A DNA stretch of 62,837 nt, filler included, from Choristocarpus tenellus KU-1152 (GCA_964200185.2; 10 parts of 10 records of this genome joined end to end with filler, not necessarily neighbours in it), one strand, 5' to 3'. Counted from the first letter of the whole stretch, positions 25,397 through 39,800 are shown. Notes: generated by a model not told the origin, from the sequence alone. Numbers and translations are program-made.

Positions 25397-27454
25397 TGAT
25401 GGTAAGTTGAACGTCGGAATAACAGATCGATTCCTTGAGGCTTGTGCAGAGGCATTCCACCTACACGTTATTTGTTGATATTTATTTTCTCGGCTGCCAT
25501 TGCCCCCTCATAATACACCAAGCTCACTCTGCTTGAAGTGTACCTGATACATAACTGGATGCTATATATTGAGAGTTAAAACATTCAAAGAAACCCTTGT
25601 CCTCCAAGATAACAAGCCTCTATTTAGAGCACGCATTTCTTCCTTTGAATGTGTCAAGGAAGATAACTGAATTCACATCATTCATCTTGTAACTGAGCGA
25701 ACAATGAGCTCAGTTACAACAGAACAAATTCACTGATGCTTTGTGGCACTATGACATCTCTTTGAATCACCAACTAATCATTTTACACGAAAGCACGACT
25801 TGTTCGATTCAGGTTCCAAAGACAGATGCCTCAAAATAAAATAAAAATAGGGAGTGTCATATCAAGACTCTTCCCCTTCATAACTATCAACGCAAACAAC
25901 TCCAGGACACGAAAATAATGTCTCACCAAATACAGGCAAAATATATCGAACAATAGCATTAAGAGCATAAGAACAGGGAATGTCATAGCAAGGCTGTTCA
26001 CACTGTTTAGAGCGCGAAAGCAGATATGCTAATAATTACAAGAATAATTCATTGAAACGTTCTCCCTACTGTGAACTATGCGATGTGGTCAAGTCGAAGG
26101 TCTTCCTCTTAAAAAAAACAGCTTCGGTTAAACATTTGGTTCGCATTTGTATTTAGGTATTTGCCACGGCTTACCACAGCACGCAGCTACTGACAAATAC
26201 AACGCTAATATCTCAAGGGGTGACACTTTGCCACCCCAAAAATCGTTCTTCTCCTGATGCAAAGCGAGATTGATAGCCCTAAACACTATGCAGTGTCTAA
26301 CACAGCATATCGTCCTCATCGTACCATGTTGGGGAACGCCGGAATCCTTGTCAAGTTTTCCTTCATTGTTATAGGGTGCTTTGGTGATCACAGGGTGACA
26401 CCGTTTGGCAATCCATACTTTTGTTCAAGAATGTATAGAATCCTAAGTCTTGATTTTTAAATGTGTAGTAGATTCATTCCTTCTCAGTTATGTTGTAAGG
26501 AGTTAGAAAAGTCGGAGTGAGATATACCATTCAAGAAGGGGGGGGTGACAAACATTTTACTCATCCCTGATCACTAATAACTCGCCACTCAATCTGTGTT
26601 ACCTGCTACAACATTCCTTTTCTAGGAATCTTCTTGTTGTACTATAATAACCCGGATAATATTGACGTAGTCACCTGACAAAGACATTACGATCAATTAT
26701 CTCGTTATCTAACAATAGTTCAACAACTCGATGTTTCTCCTATAGAATCATCCTTTACACATGAATAAAAGGCAGATTCTTAGCACACTCCCCTGCGTTG
26801 AACTTCAAGTGAAAAATATCACCTCCAAACACAATCATCATATCACATCACACATTGCATGAACACGTGCACTTGCTTGAGGAACATGACCTCTTTCCCC
26901 AACTCACACAGCGCAACATACTCAGCCTCAGCAGTAGACAGTGTAACCATTTTCTGCTTTCTCGACCACCAATCGACACATCCTCCCCCAAACATAACAA
27001 CATCCCCAGAAATGGAAATCTACTGTCTTTACAGTTAGCATAGTCGGCATCTGTATAGACAATTAACTGATCCCTTGGTACATTCCCACACAATCCAAAG
27101 TCATCAAAGGTAATTTCATGCTCTTTAGTACCCAATAGGTACCCAATCACTCTCCTAGCATTCAACCAATCAGACCAATTTGGATTCTCCAAACAAGAAG
27201 CCAACTCTCTAACTGTAAAACATACATCAGGTCTAGTCATGATAGCAGTCCATCGTATACCGCCAATCATAGATTTGTAGTCATCTGGAACGGGTCCCTC
27301 CTGCTCCACTCGCTTTGTGATGAACGGTAGCTCGTAAGCTGTGCCAATAACGTGCCTTTCAGCCAGCTCTCCGATGTACAAGCTCTGATCCACCACAAGT
27401 GTCCCAGTTTTCCTGTTCCTCCTGATCTTGCATCCCATAAATTTGGTTACCTCA

Positions 27455-27710
27455 GAGTGAAAGTATCTTAGAGGGTACGAATTTTACCCTGTTTGTCCAT
27501 TTGGGGCTTGGCTTCCCACGGGTTTTTAATGACATTTTCCTACTCCAAAATGTTCCAAGTAGGTAAAACGTATATTTCATGAAAAGGTGTTTTCGGAACA
27601 AAGAATGGACACTTCCTAACAAAAACAATAGCCAAAGTTACATCAAAATCGCAACATTGGATTTTGGCCCCCAAACGTACGCGGCTCTACCCTCTAAGAT
27701 ACTTTGACTC
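27455..27710 (+). mobile_element. MITE family A inserted in Copia RT
   Basis: TSD CTCA/CTCA. Removing the element plus one 4-bp TSD restores the RT frame ...NLGEVTKFMGCKI.... Confidence 0.95.
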
Positions 27711-29221
27711 CTCACCCAAATTTACCTCCAGGAACTTCTTATTAAGTCCCTCGATGATACACACAACATAACCAGCCCTTGGATCCTCAGCCATTAGCGT
27801 GTCATCTACATGAACAATCATGATCATCACAACCTTACCATCCACAATCATTCTGAATAGACATGGTTCTGCCTCAGATTGTTCCAATCCCACTTCCACC
27901 AAACCTTTCACCAGCAGAAAATTCCAGTTCCGAGAAGCCTGAACTATCCCATACAGGGACTTCTTCAGTAGGCTCACTGCTCCATCAAACTTAGCCTTTC
28001 CTTCAGGAAGTTCCACATATATGGTTTCCTCCAAGTCAGCCTGAGTGAAGGCCTCCTTCCCATCACTGTGGATCAACACATAATTCATCTTCCCTGCTAG
28101 TGCACATAACATGTGAAGAGAATCATGTGTAGGTGCTGGTGAAAATGACTTGAAGTAGTCCTCCCCCTTCCTATGCCTGAAACCCTGGACAACCAACCTG
28201 GCCTTGTACCTTTTCATTTCTCCTTTAGCATCCATCTTCCTGGTAAGCACCATCTTTGTCTCGAGTACCTTGTGACCATCAGTGGGGCGAGGTACTTGAA
28301 TCCACACTCCCCTGCTATCCAGAGCATCCACTTCTTCATCAATAGCAGTTTTCCACAAAGGCCACTCCTCAGACTCTGTCGCTGCTTTCATGGTCTTAGG
28401 TTCTGGTGGGAGGGGTTTATCTTTCCCAACCACGAGTAGACCAGCCAGTATTCGCTCGTACCGTAATGTACGTTCTGATGGTTCACCAGGTTCAGGTGGG
28501 GGGTCGTGGTTATGGTCCACTAGTCGCAGTAACAACCTTCCACCACTCCCCTGCTGTGATGTAGGTGGATCCATACCACTACCAGCAGTGTTCAGCATCC
28601 CATTCATCAGAACTTCCATTCTCCATAATGTTCTCCACATCTATTCCACCTTCCCCACTTCCAAATTCCGAATCCAAACCCACTTGTTCCGAAGACACCC
28701 CTTTTGAAGCCATTTCCTCTGAAACCTCTTCTTCCGATCCCAAAGAAATTTCCTCCAGCACCAAATCCCCAATCCTCGCCCCAAAGTCCTCTTGCTTCTC
28801 CAAGATTCCATCCCCAGTCTTGTTAATCCCAGCGACAGAATTAGGTTCCCAAACATAGTCAAGCCTGTCGACTATTTGTCCTGAATTTGTAAGAAAAACC
28901 CGCAAAGAATCAGAAGGGTGATTGGAAGAGCATCCCATCATCGGACAAGGTCCAGCTCTTGGTGCCATCTTATGCATCCGTTGGTCCACTCTTGTGAACC
29001 CCTTAGAAACCCAAAGAGGAACAAATGAGGGCAGGTTGGAACACCATAAAACATTTCGTAAGGTGATTTCCAGTGGGGGATAGCAGACATGGGACAAAGG
29101 TTGTTATTTTGGTAGCCATATTGTGCGCCTACGCCGACAAACCCAACCGATCCCCCAATCCAGCCGCGTACATCATGACCAGCCCTTCTCCACTATCAGT
29201 GCAATCACGCGTTCCACATTT

Positions 29222-29475
29222 GGGTGAAGGTATTTTAAAGGGTACGAGTTTTGCCCTGTTTGTCCATTTGGGGCTTGGCTTCCCACCGTTTTTTTATTAC
29301 ATTTTTCCTATTCCGAAATGTTCTGGATTATGTAAAATGTATACGTTACGAAAAGGTGTGTCCGGAACAAGGATATTGACATCTCCTAACACAAAATGAT
29401 CGCCAAGATTACATCAAAATTGCAACATTGCATTTTGACCCCAAATGGACGCGGCCCTACCCTCTAAAACACTTT
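29222..29475 (+). mobile_element. MITE family A inserted in Copia integrase (eroded right end)
   Basis: GGGTGAAGGTATTTTAAAGGGTACGAG...CCCTCTAAAACACTTT splits the PQLNG / VER motif. Confidence 0.88.
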
Positions 29476-32400
29476 CCCATTCAATTGGGGGGTACCCGGA
29501 ATGGTGTACTCATGCCGAATCTTGTGTTGATCCAACACCCCCTCAAAGTCCTCATTCTTGAACTCCGTACCCTCAACAGTCCTCACACATCAATCCACAA
29601 ATTTTCCACATCTGCCACATCTCGAATAATAACCCGAAAAATCATTGCAGTTTCACTCTTGGCTCTCAGGAATCGAATCCCTCTCATTCCTGCCATGTCA
29701 TATACCATCATCATCTCGTGAAGGTATCCACCCGGGCTGCTTGCCCTTGGCTTTGGTCCGCTCAAATCTATGAATACCCATCCCAACCATCGGTTAGACT
29801 TACTCTCTGTTACCTCAGGTACAGGTTCCAATGAGCCTTGCCAATAGCCTACCCCTTGAAATGTTGTTGCCTCTCCCCAATGAAGTAATTCCCATGGTCC
29901 TTGGCATACCTGCGTACTATCCCTTCATGGCAGTGATCGAGTTGCATATGTACCTGGTAAATATCCACTTTAGTAGTAGTTCCTCCAAGTGCAAATACCG
30001 CTTCTGTCTCATCAGGAGGGTAGGGGGGAGTTGGTCTACTTGATGGTGTAGATGTTGTAGGCATTCTCCTCCTTACCCTTAATGTGAACAAATCAACGTT
30101 CTTTCCACGGGTTGATGAAAAAATAAGGGGAGGTCCACCTGTTGATGGGGTCAACTTCAAAGAGTTTTCCCACCCACTAAATTTCTCCGCCTGATTGACG
30201 CCCGGCTTGAACCATTGAGAAAAGGTTGGACTTTAACTCTGGAACCAACAACACATTGCACAGAACAAAATCATAACCTTCTCATTCTGTATACAACGTA
30301 ATGAGAAGTTTCCAACAATGATAGCACAGAGTTTCTGTCCTGTTCCAACAGTCACAGACTTTCCACTAACAGCTCGTTGGTCTATCAAAGCAATGGTGTT
30401 GTCGGTCAAATGGGCATAACACCCAGTATCAAAATACCATACATCATCCCACTGTTCAACTTTCTCATCCCTCACCGTCAAGAAACCTCCAAGCATCTCC
30501 AGCGGTCCATTATTTCCACCATTCATCTTCCTTCGACCACGTCTCTTCCTCCGTTGCAGCATCTACAACTTGTTTGGTGCCGCCATAGACACTGCACGTC
30601 CAGGACAGTTTTTGTCTTTGTGTCCCGATCCGCTATAAATGTAGCAGGTACTGGAAAATTTACCTGATACAGGTGGGGAAGAAACAGACGGACTTACAGA
30701 CATGTAATGCGGTCCACCGCACTTGAAACATTTTACACCATGTTTTCCTCCTTCTAGGCTCACCCTGATGTGGTCTTGAGTGAACAATGCATCCGTCCAT
30801 CTACCCATCGCAGCACAAGTTAGAAATCGTTTCTTGTACAAGGGAAACCCCTCCCATCATCGTCACCATTGTACACCACAAATTTTGTAGGAAGTGGGAT
30901 GAGTTGCTGCAGGTCCACTCCCGCAGTCCGTCTTGAGGTCACGATCCCCCTCGTCGCTAGATCCTCATCATCAATGCCCTGTACTTCCACATCAGCATCT
31001 TCAACCTCCCTGTTGACGTTGCCGACAGCAGGCACCATCGGGACCTCGTCTGACTCTTCTACTACTAGGTTTCTTGAGATATCGGCACACTTAAAAATAT
31101 GCTAGAGAACATATTAAAGAATGTGTAGAATCCCAAGTGTTGATATTGAAATATGTAGAATAATTCCTTCTCAGATATGTTGTACAAGTTAGAAAGTAGG
31201 AGATACACCATTCAAGAAGGGGGGGGTGATAAACCTTTTACTCATCCCTGATCACTAATAACTCGTCATTCAATTTGTGTTACTTGCTACAACATTCCTT
31301 TTCTAAGACTCTTCTTGTTGTACTATAATAGCCCGGATAATATTGTCGTAGTCACCTGACAAAGACAATTACAATCAATTATCCCATTATCCAACAATAG
31401 TTCAGACCCAAAGTATCTGAGGGGGNNNNNNNNNNNNNNNNNNNNNNNNNNNNNNNNNNNNNNNNNNNNTTAATTAATTAANNNNNNNNNNNNNNNNNNN
31501 NNNNNNNNNNNNNNNNNNNNNNNNNCGTTTGCTCCTTGTCCACACTGGCTCCGGTGGCGCGCTAGGGCTAATGAAGAGCTTTCCCTCCCTTGGTGGGCCT
31601 CATGTGGAAGGTCAGCTAGCTTTGTCCTGAAGGAGTCAAAACGAATCTTGTTGAGGAGGCGTGTGATCTCATGCTGAGCCCTCCTTGTGATCCTGGCGTC
31701 ATGAGCTGCCAGTATGTGAATCTCTGGGGTATATTCTATTATTATGCATTTTGACATCTTACAGATGTGTGAGGGGAAAAAAAATCTCCTCTATATATAA
31801 TTAACCATAAGTGGAAGTACGCTTTAAAGGTATGCTTGTACTGAGCCAAAAACATATCACTTACTAACTGAGACATCCCTTATTGCGAAGAATACACTTT
31901 AACGCATGTCAGGTCTAGAATACTAACACACACCTCAACTTATGCTTCAAAACTAAATCTCTTTTAACGATTTAAGAGAGGACTATTTAAACAAGTGTGA
32001 TCCACATTATTATAACCCCTCTCTCACCTTTGTAAGGCTAACCTACGTTAGAGCCACACATCAGGGATGTACACACTACATTATGATTGCCTTTAAGAGA
32101 GCATTGTTGCATACCTAGTATTCAAATAACAAATAATTAGTAGAGAGGTATCTGTTACGATAACGATAACTGTATTTTTTTCGTGGGTCCTTGTGCTACA
32201 GGTTTGGCTTTTCCCTTGGCACACCTGCAAAATATCAGAGAGCATAATAATATATACACGCAATGTTTATTATTCGCTCAAGTATTGAGTCGTGTGCTCG
32301 GAGGGGTTCATATGAGTATGTATAGGTATTGATCCCAGCAAAAAAAGGATCATGGGAACGGTCAGGAATTATCCTTTGCAACAAAATATTTTTTATCTAT

Positions 32401-33759
32401 ATACAATAGGAGGTAGTCGCAGTTGGAAACCAGTTGAAATGATAGAAATGTCACTGAAGTTAGTAGTGCAGACACAGTAGTACCACAACACACACATTGC
32501 CGTCATAAAAACATACCTCTGGGTGCCGTGGTTTCCTAGGCAATTTCTTGTCTCCTTTTCAACTTGCAAGAAGATGCTTCAGAAGTCCTTTCTTCCTGGG
32601 CACAATTTGTGCGATGGTCCACACACCAACACTGCATCACTCCTCTATAATGCTGACTTGGTTCATCTTGTATCACCAAGCAATTCCATCACTTCGCCCC
32701 TCTCGTCTAAGATACTTGATTCTGCTTGTTAGTGCCACCTAATGTGTCCTAATGCTTCCCCTTGCGCTTTGTCATGATGCTGAACAAGGCACTGTGCCCA
32801 ATGTTGTTGGTGGCACTATTCCCCAAAGCTGGTCCCATTCCAGACAGCTAGCTGTAACTCGTTGGCAACAAGAAGGCTGTTTCCAGTTGGAGGAGATGAA
32901 ATCCTTGAAATAATGATGGGTTAATCATCACTACTGATGACCTTGTCACTGTTTTCTAACCTTGAGAGTGTGCCAATCAAAGCACATCCTTTTCAACCCA
33001 TCGTCCCCATCCGTATCCAGAGTCTCATAAATTCCATGGCGGCAGTGTCCACATCCTCATTTATGTCCGGTGAAGTGTGGTGTCCCTGATGTGATTGCCT
33101 GAATGAGGCAGTGCCTACCTTTCGCTTCACTCAACACGGTCAGGTGGGCAGGATGCACGGGAAGGGTACTACTTGACTCTCTGCGACCACAAACTCGGTC
33201 CCCACTACCCTTGGTATGGCACGTCTCTCCACATACTGGTACATTTGCCCATTATTATCCAAAATATGTTTGATGACATAAAATCGAGAATGATGGTTGT
33301 CTCAACCCAAAATGAAATACACCTTACTGGTTGGTTCGCCTTAGTAACTGGCATGTTATACTTAAGCATACCTTAAAATGATACCCTGTCTGGAAGTGAC
33401 ACTATTTCATAGTATTAATAGTATAAATAGTCTATATGGTACTATATACTTGGTAAATATTATGTATTACGTACGCTTGGTTAATTTCGTGCGATAAGCC
33501 TTCCTACATACGCAAATTTCGGCATATTGAGTTTTGCTCTTCGGCAAACTCAAGTCCAGACGCGCGAGGAGCAGGAATCTTACGTGGACAGATCTTACCG
33601 CAAGTACTTGACTTCAACAGCCCAGCAAATAACACAAAACAGGGGGATTTCCACACCTTGGGAAGTGTTCAAATTTGTTGTACGTCAAAATCTGGCTTAC
33701 CTTACATTGGTTTTCTTAAGTAGGCAAGAAAGTAACATCTTAGTACATAGGTGGTCAAT

Positions 33760-34040
33760 AGAGAAAGTTTAGACTGGCAGAGAATATGGTTTCTGTCATC
33801 CGTCAATTCCATGATGGAATGAGGGCATGTGTTTACATGGATGATGGCGAGTGCACTGACTGCTTCGAGATTGGACAGGGCTTTCGAGAAGATCATGTTG
33901 TTGCTCTCATCCTCTTCAATACCTTCTTCACTGCAGTGGTAGGTGTAGCAGTTAAGGAGCTCACCTCTGATCAGACCTCCTCTAAGGATCTTGTTGTCAT
34001 CAAGAGAGTGGCAACAACAACCAGATCAGATGAGGCTACG
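33760..34040 (+). pseudogene. RTE-type LINE reverse transcriptase fragment
   Basis: MVSVIRQFHDGMRACVYMDDGECTDCFEIGQGFREDHVVALILFNTFF matches the non-LTR RT pattern (FHDGMRA...QG.RQG...P.LFN). Confidence 0.8.
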
Positions 34041-34310
34041 ATTATTGAGTGATTGTGAAGTTGGCCAGACCACTTTGGTCTGTCCGTGTAAACTCTATTG
34101 ACGGAGAACATACATACAAAGCCTCAAGATTAGGCACTGGACCAGACCTACAAGCGCACTTTTTGTGTTACAGCAATACTTAATAAAGTGCTATTATTTG
34201 TACTCTCTCCCCCCTTCTTTCACTCCCCCTCCTTGGTGATAGAAATACTTGAGTGCACTAAGCATCAAGTTGTGTTTTCTTCTACATGTGAATTGATTTC
34301 TTGTAAGTGA

Positions 34311-34530
34311 TATCATAATCAAATAGTCATCATCACTAGTGCGTACCTTTCAATTTGTGGTTGAGAAGATTCTCCAGTATTTTTTTTTTATCATAATCAA
34401 ATATTCATCATTATTAGTGTGTATCTTCCATTTTATGGTTGAGTAGATAGTATTTAATTTTTTTATTATAATCAAATAGTCATCATTATTATTAGTGCGT
34501 ATCTTTCATTTTGTGGTGGAGTAGATATTC
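34311..34530. repeat. Tandem repeat, ~76-79 bp x3
   Basis: ATAATCAAATAGTCATCAT...TAGTGCGTA.CTTTCA...GTGG..GAG recurs three times. Confidence 0.8.
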
Positions 34531-34876
34531 GTGTTATTATTTTTCTGACATATCTGTCAATTATCACATACTACCTCTATCGCACAGATGCACGCAGGAT
34601 AGTTCATAAAGCATATAGATACAAAAAGCGTTATCGTTCGGGCTTTACCTTTTGCTCCTTGACTAACATACCGTATCACTGCACATCATCGTTTCTCTTT
34701 CATTCATCATTTTTTCCCTGCATAAAATATGTCCTTTGCATACCACTACCAACAACACCACTTTAGGATCTTCCTCCCCCCCCCCAAATCTCATTCTGAC
34801 GTACAGTCACAAAACAGCAACACAGCTAAAGTTGTAACTTACCAACTACATATTGTGTGTTTATGTTGTTGTAAGT

Positions 34877-35020
34877 AACAGCAGATTTCAAAAATTGAGG
34901 ATGGAGCTTTTCATTGAGGATGGGCTTGACCTAAAATTGACTGGGAGAAAGTGTCGATATGTTTAAAAAAAATTAATCCTCAATGAAAAGCTCCATCCTC
35001 AATTTTTGAAATCTGCTGTT
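34877..35020. mobile_element. MITE family C, 144 bp with ~45-bp perfect TIRs
   Basis: AACAGCAGATTTCAAAAATTGAGGATGGAGCTTTTCATTGAGGAT and its exact reverse complement, flanked by AAGT/AAGT. Confidence 0.88.
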
Positions 35021-36896
35021 AAGTGCTAGCAGTACTACTATTATTATGTTCATGTGCCACAGTAGTAGTTGGCAGCATCCATTCATCCATCCATTCATCC
35101 ATCCATTCATTTACATCACCACCATTAAATAATATAGGTGTTATTATTAGTAATAGCACCATTACTAAGGATACCACTGTCATAACTACTACTATCAGTA
35201 AGTGAGAACACAAAACACTTATAGGAGACGCTCAATCACACACGAGCAAGTTGACTGATCATTTTACTAGCAGACGAGCACATTATCCTGTTCAGGTTCC
35301 CTCAAAATGCAACATAAGGGACACATACAGGCACAACACCATGGCAGCATGAGCAAGATTATGGCAGTCTTCATACTAGCAACAGAAATATATACGAACC
35401 CCATGAAACAAAAGATGACGGCCTTGATCCTAAAAGAAATAAATGCCCTTCATATCTCAATGTTTAAAAATTCAAGTTCGGTCTTCGAACGTTGAGCATG
35501 CAGTATAATTAAAATATTTAGCGTTTTATCTCAATCCTTAAAAAGAATACGTTCCTATTCTTTCCTTGAAAGAGCGGACTAACTGCAGGACAAAAATATA
35601 ACGGAATTTTATATCCTGTTCTGCAGTGCACACCAAGTAGTTCTTCTTGTCTATTGCTCCCAATGGGAAGCTGACTTCTCCCATTGTCAGCAGACTCTCT
35701 TGTCTGAGCCCAAACACCAAAATATGCACCACATGCATAAAAAATCAAGGGCAATATAAATAACCTTGATAGCACACAACAAATTCTACGCTCAGGATGG
35801 GAAAACAACTCCGACATTGTTTCCTTCCCATAGTCACACTCACTCCTGTGTACTGCAATCAATAGCCCACCAACCCCAATCTACCATGATGGTAAGCAAT
35901 GGAGAGACACCCGGCCTTCATTGCCTAGAGGGAACCATTTGAACTTACCGAGTATTTTCAGTGTCTAACTACAGAACAAGCATTTGCTAGCCGCAGGTTC
36001 ATACAGCAATCAGCTCATGAGCCAAAGTCCACAAGGTGTAGTAATCGCTTCTCTTCCTGCTATCTTTTCTTGGTGATAATGACGGTTACTTCTTCCTTCT
36101 CTTGGTGACAACTTCATCATCTATATGCCATCGTACTACTGAACTACGAAGTTTGACGTGATCAATTTGACCCCAGTAGCTAAAAAACTCATTTTCACTT
36201 TGCTATCAATAAACAATGAAAGCTACTATTCTTATTGTAAGTCACAGTCGCATCTAGTACAAAGGAAATAAACACCCCACAAAATCATCAGTTTTCCTTT
36301 CTTGTCTACTCCCCCCCCCCCTCACCCTCTTTCCCTTCCCCCCCTTCCCTCCTTCTTCACAACCACAAGGCACATGGGTTGGGGCCTGCACATCCCTCCA
36401 TTGAGTCCCTTTTTGTGGTCACATTGAAGAACTCACGAGGGTATATATTGTATGTCCCAATATAAAACGATACGGAAACTTCATCACATCTTTCCTCGAC
36501 GAATCAAGGCATCAGTCACAACATTCTTATCCAAGTCCCCTGTGAAATGGAAACATGTCCAGTACTGCATCCTTCCATACGACCTTATGGCCTTGAGGAC
36601 AGCTTGCTACAACATGATGACGCTCCCCTTACAGCAGAGGCTAGTAGCCTCAGGAGTGGGCTAGGGGGGGAGGAGGTTCGCTTGATCCCTGTATTGTATG
36701 TTTTTTTCCACACACCTCACCCAAACCCTTAACCCACTTCCCTAACCCTAATATATAACCTCCGAAAGAAGTCAACAACCCATTTCTAGCATCCACAAAC
36801 GCCTCATACCCTCACAAGCAACCCCCCCCTTCCCTATTTTCTCGATTTATGCCTCATCCTGGACCACCAAGGGGGTTCCACTCTACCAGTAATCAG

Positions 36897-39800
36897 TCAA
36901 CGGGAGTTAGTAGAGCGGGTTGACACTGTGGGTACTGTCCTTGGGCTTGTGGCACCAGACTCTGTTGCAGTTGTGTTGCAAGACCGTTTTGCTGAGCGAC
37001 GGATGCCCCTGCTGTGCCTGCTGCTGCTTGTTGAAGATCCACCATCACTGGTGGTTGTTGTTTGACTTTGGGTCATGCTGTTAGAGCGTTTGTTTCGCCC
37101 CATTTGAGACTCTGCAGGGCCTCCTAACAATGGAACAAGGATGGAGAGGTACACCTTGAAGTATCAGGCTCTTATCACTATCTTTGTTGTTACTGTAACT
37201 AGGTAGGAGCATAATCAGGCCAAGCTAGATGTCTCTTAGTGGGAAGACACTTGCCCTCAAGGTCTAATGGTACAGACTGTAATTCAATTGCTCGAGCCTA
37301 CAGGCAACTTTGTAACCTTGGTTTCTGGACGAGCATCACCATCATAATTAAATGACATAGTTAACAGGTACCACATGCCACCTTCAACATACAAAACCTG
37401 GTCACAGACTAAACGATCCACCTACCCATCAAAAACAACTAACATATACAACACAATTAATTAACTACTTTGAGAGGAATCCCTCCTTTTAACACTCATG
37501 AGCGATTTGTGAAAATAATGCACTCAACTGTACCTACCATGCAAAAACGTACCGCTTCAAAATGAAAATGGAAAACAGACTTAGAAAGAGTGCCAAGCAA
37601 AACTTAAGATAGAGGCAAAAACACTAAAGACAATATGATCTTCTCAGCTTAGTGCTCACCAACGCAATCCTCAGAGCCACTATCTTGCTTGCCATCTGAA
37701 GACCCACTATCAGGCCAACCAGCAATTTTATTTTGAGGGGACAGCTCAGCCTGGCCAGCAGTCCTAAATACAGGATTACAAAAAAAGAGAAAGGTTTAGT
37801 ATGTGTATGCTGCTGGGAAATATCCAAAATAGTCGTAAAGAAAAACATAAAGAAAGAAAGAAGACCCAGAGAGAAGGGAGCTCAAGTCGTCAGTGTGCAT
37901 CCAGAAGCATCAACATTTATAAAACACCTCCATATCATTACAAATCTTGGTTGAGGATAGGGTTAGGGTTTGACACTGTTGCAGGAAGGCATGCTATAAG
38001 TCAATAAAATGATCAGGCTCTCATCACCTTCTCAACAACTCACAATACCTCAGTCATCACAAGCTACTTCAGATGCTCACACTACACATCCAACAAAACA
38101 ATACTAACACCAAATAACCCTAATCCTAAGATGATACACAGAATAGCAGAAAGTGTGATGGGATCAATTGAGCTCTCTCGCATACACACACACACACACA
38201 AAATTTCTTGAACTCAGCATTGAAAATTCTGGCATATATTCACAGCTATACTATTCTTGTTTGGTGCAAATGAAACCAAATCCATTCAAATACTAACTGT
38301 ACTCACCAAACCAAGAAGTGGCCTGGTTACTACCAAACCCACCTACACAGCACTAAACCAATGCATCACATCCCAAAAAATCTCTCTCCCAGTTCTCCTT
38401 TACACACAGACCTGCTGTTGCTGCTGCTTCCAGAAACAGAGTCTGACGAGGTCTCTCCCTCACTTGAGGAGCCTCTACTTGACTCTTTCAGACCCCCTTC
38501 CTCCTCCCCTGCCCCAACCTCTGCGGTGGGTACACTGTTAACATTGTCAACACTCTCCAGAACGCCAATAAAGTGTGTCACCCCCTCCTGCATTACCCCT
38601 GTCGTTTCGCTATCCAGAGGGTATACCCTCAGGTAGCTCTTGCCTGGTTTGTCAATCGGGGGGTGGGCAATGGGTTCAACACTAGCAAGGTAGGTAGACT
38701 CTTGTTCACTTCCAACATGAGGTTCAAAGACTCTGAGACAGGCTAAGATTAATACTAAAATACTGTCTGCATTTGAGTGGTATATACACAGTATAGATAC
38801 ATACTGTGATGATCAAGCGGATCGATCCCCCACTAGCAATTTGTAAGAGAAACAGGATGGATCACAACGTTACAAACATAATTGAATCTGCAAGTAAGAA
38901 TGCTGTCTGCAGACTTATCTAGTACTAACTATTCCGAAAAATATTAGTAACAAATCAGATCAGTATTTCATAATTGCTTCCATTGAAGCTTACAATGCAA
39001 CTGAGGTGAAAGTGAGTACCTTCAGAAGCAAAAGAGAAAGACACAAGATAAACAACAAAATTAAGTTGCCACAGCAAAAGCGGTAGTCAAGACATTGCAA
39101 ACAATGAAGGAAAAGATGTGAAAACATAGTTTCATGACCAACATCATGGCAGAAGTTATAGAGTACTTCAGAGTATTGGAGTAACAGTGAACATAGTGGC
39201 AATTAATGTTACAACATATTACAGAAAGCATCAGTTTATGTCAAGTTCTCTTGACTAAAGTAACAGTGACACAATGGTGTCTTGCCACAGGGCAGAGAGA
39301 CCTCATCGGACGACAATAACCTGATGTAGTGCATCTCTGAGCAACTGCAAGTTCAGCAATCCAGAGTGGCAGTTGACTCTCTCACTCTCTCTCCCACAAC
39401 TGTAAGGACAACAATGTAGCAGGCACTTACAACATCTACAACCTCTAACACCGGCCAATACTTACCCTGGGAGGTAGGAAAGTGTACAATATCTTGTAAT
39501 TCCACTTTTCTTGATACAAAGATCACACTCCCAAGCACCAACAGCAAGAAGCATGCTGTAACAAGGTTGAATCTAGTGAACATGAACTATACACTCAACA
39601 AGGAATAGTCACTACTTTGAGTGGGTGCACATCCCATGGGTACTAGGTCAAATAGATCATGTTCTGGTGAAGATCAAGCATACATCAAAGAGGGATATAC
39701 ATCACTGTGAAAGGGTACACATTCTACAGGTATACAGTTGAAGTCACCAGTAGCACTATAGAAAATGCAGGAGACACTAGAATGAGCCAGGACTGCCTGG

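Larger units (their letters stand above)
26422..31404 (-). mobile_element. Ty1/Copia LTR retrotransposon, degenerate, both LTRs present
   Basis: Direct repeats lie at 26422-~26787 and ~31112-31404. A polypurine tract (AGGGGAGT on -) is at ~26787-26794. The minus-strand order is gag knuckles (CFKCGGPH, CYIYSGSGHKDKNCP), protease (WYFDTGCYAHL), pre-integrase (VHMQLDH), integrase (FIDLSGP...YTIPGTPQLNG), RT (EPKT..., YKARLVVQGF, KSLYG, HVDD) and RNase H (YTDADYA). Multiple frameshifts and stops. Confidence 0.96.

Noticed and set aside
35518-36732. Short ORFs downstream of the PAS gene
   Set aside because: No consistent splice chain or motif. Probably UTR or intergenic.
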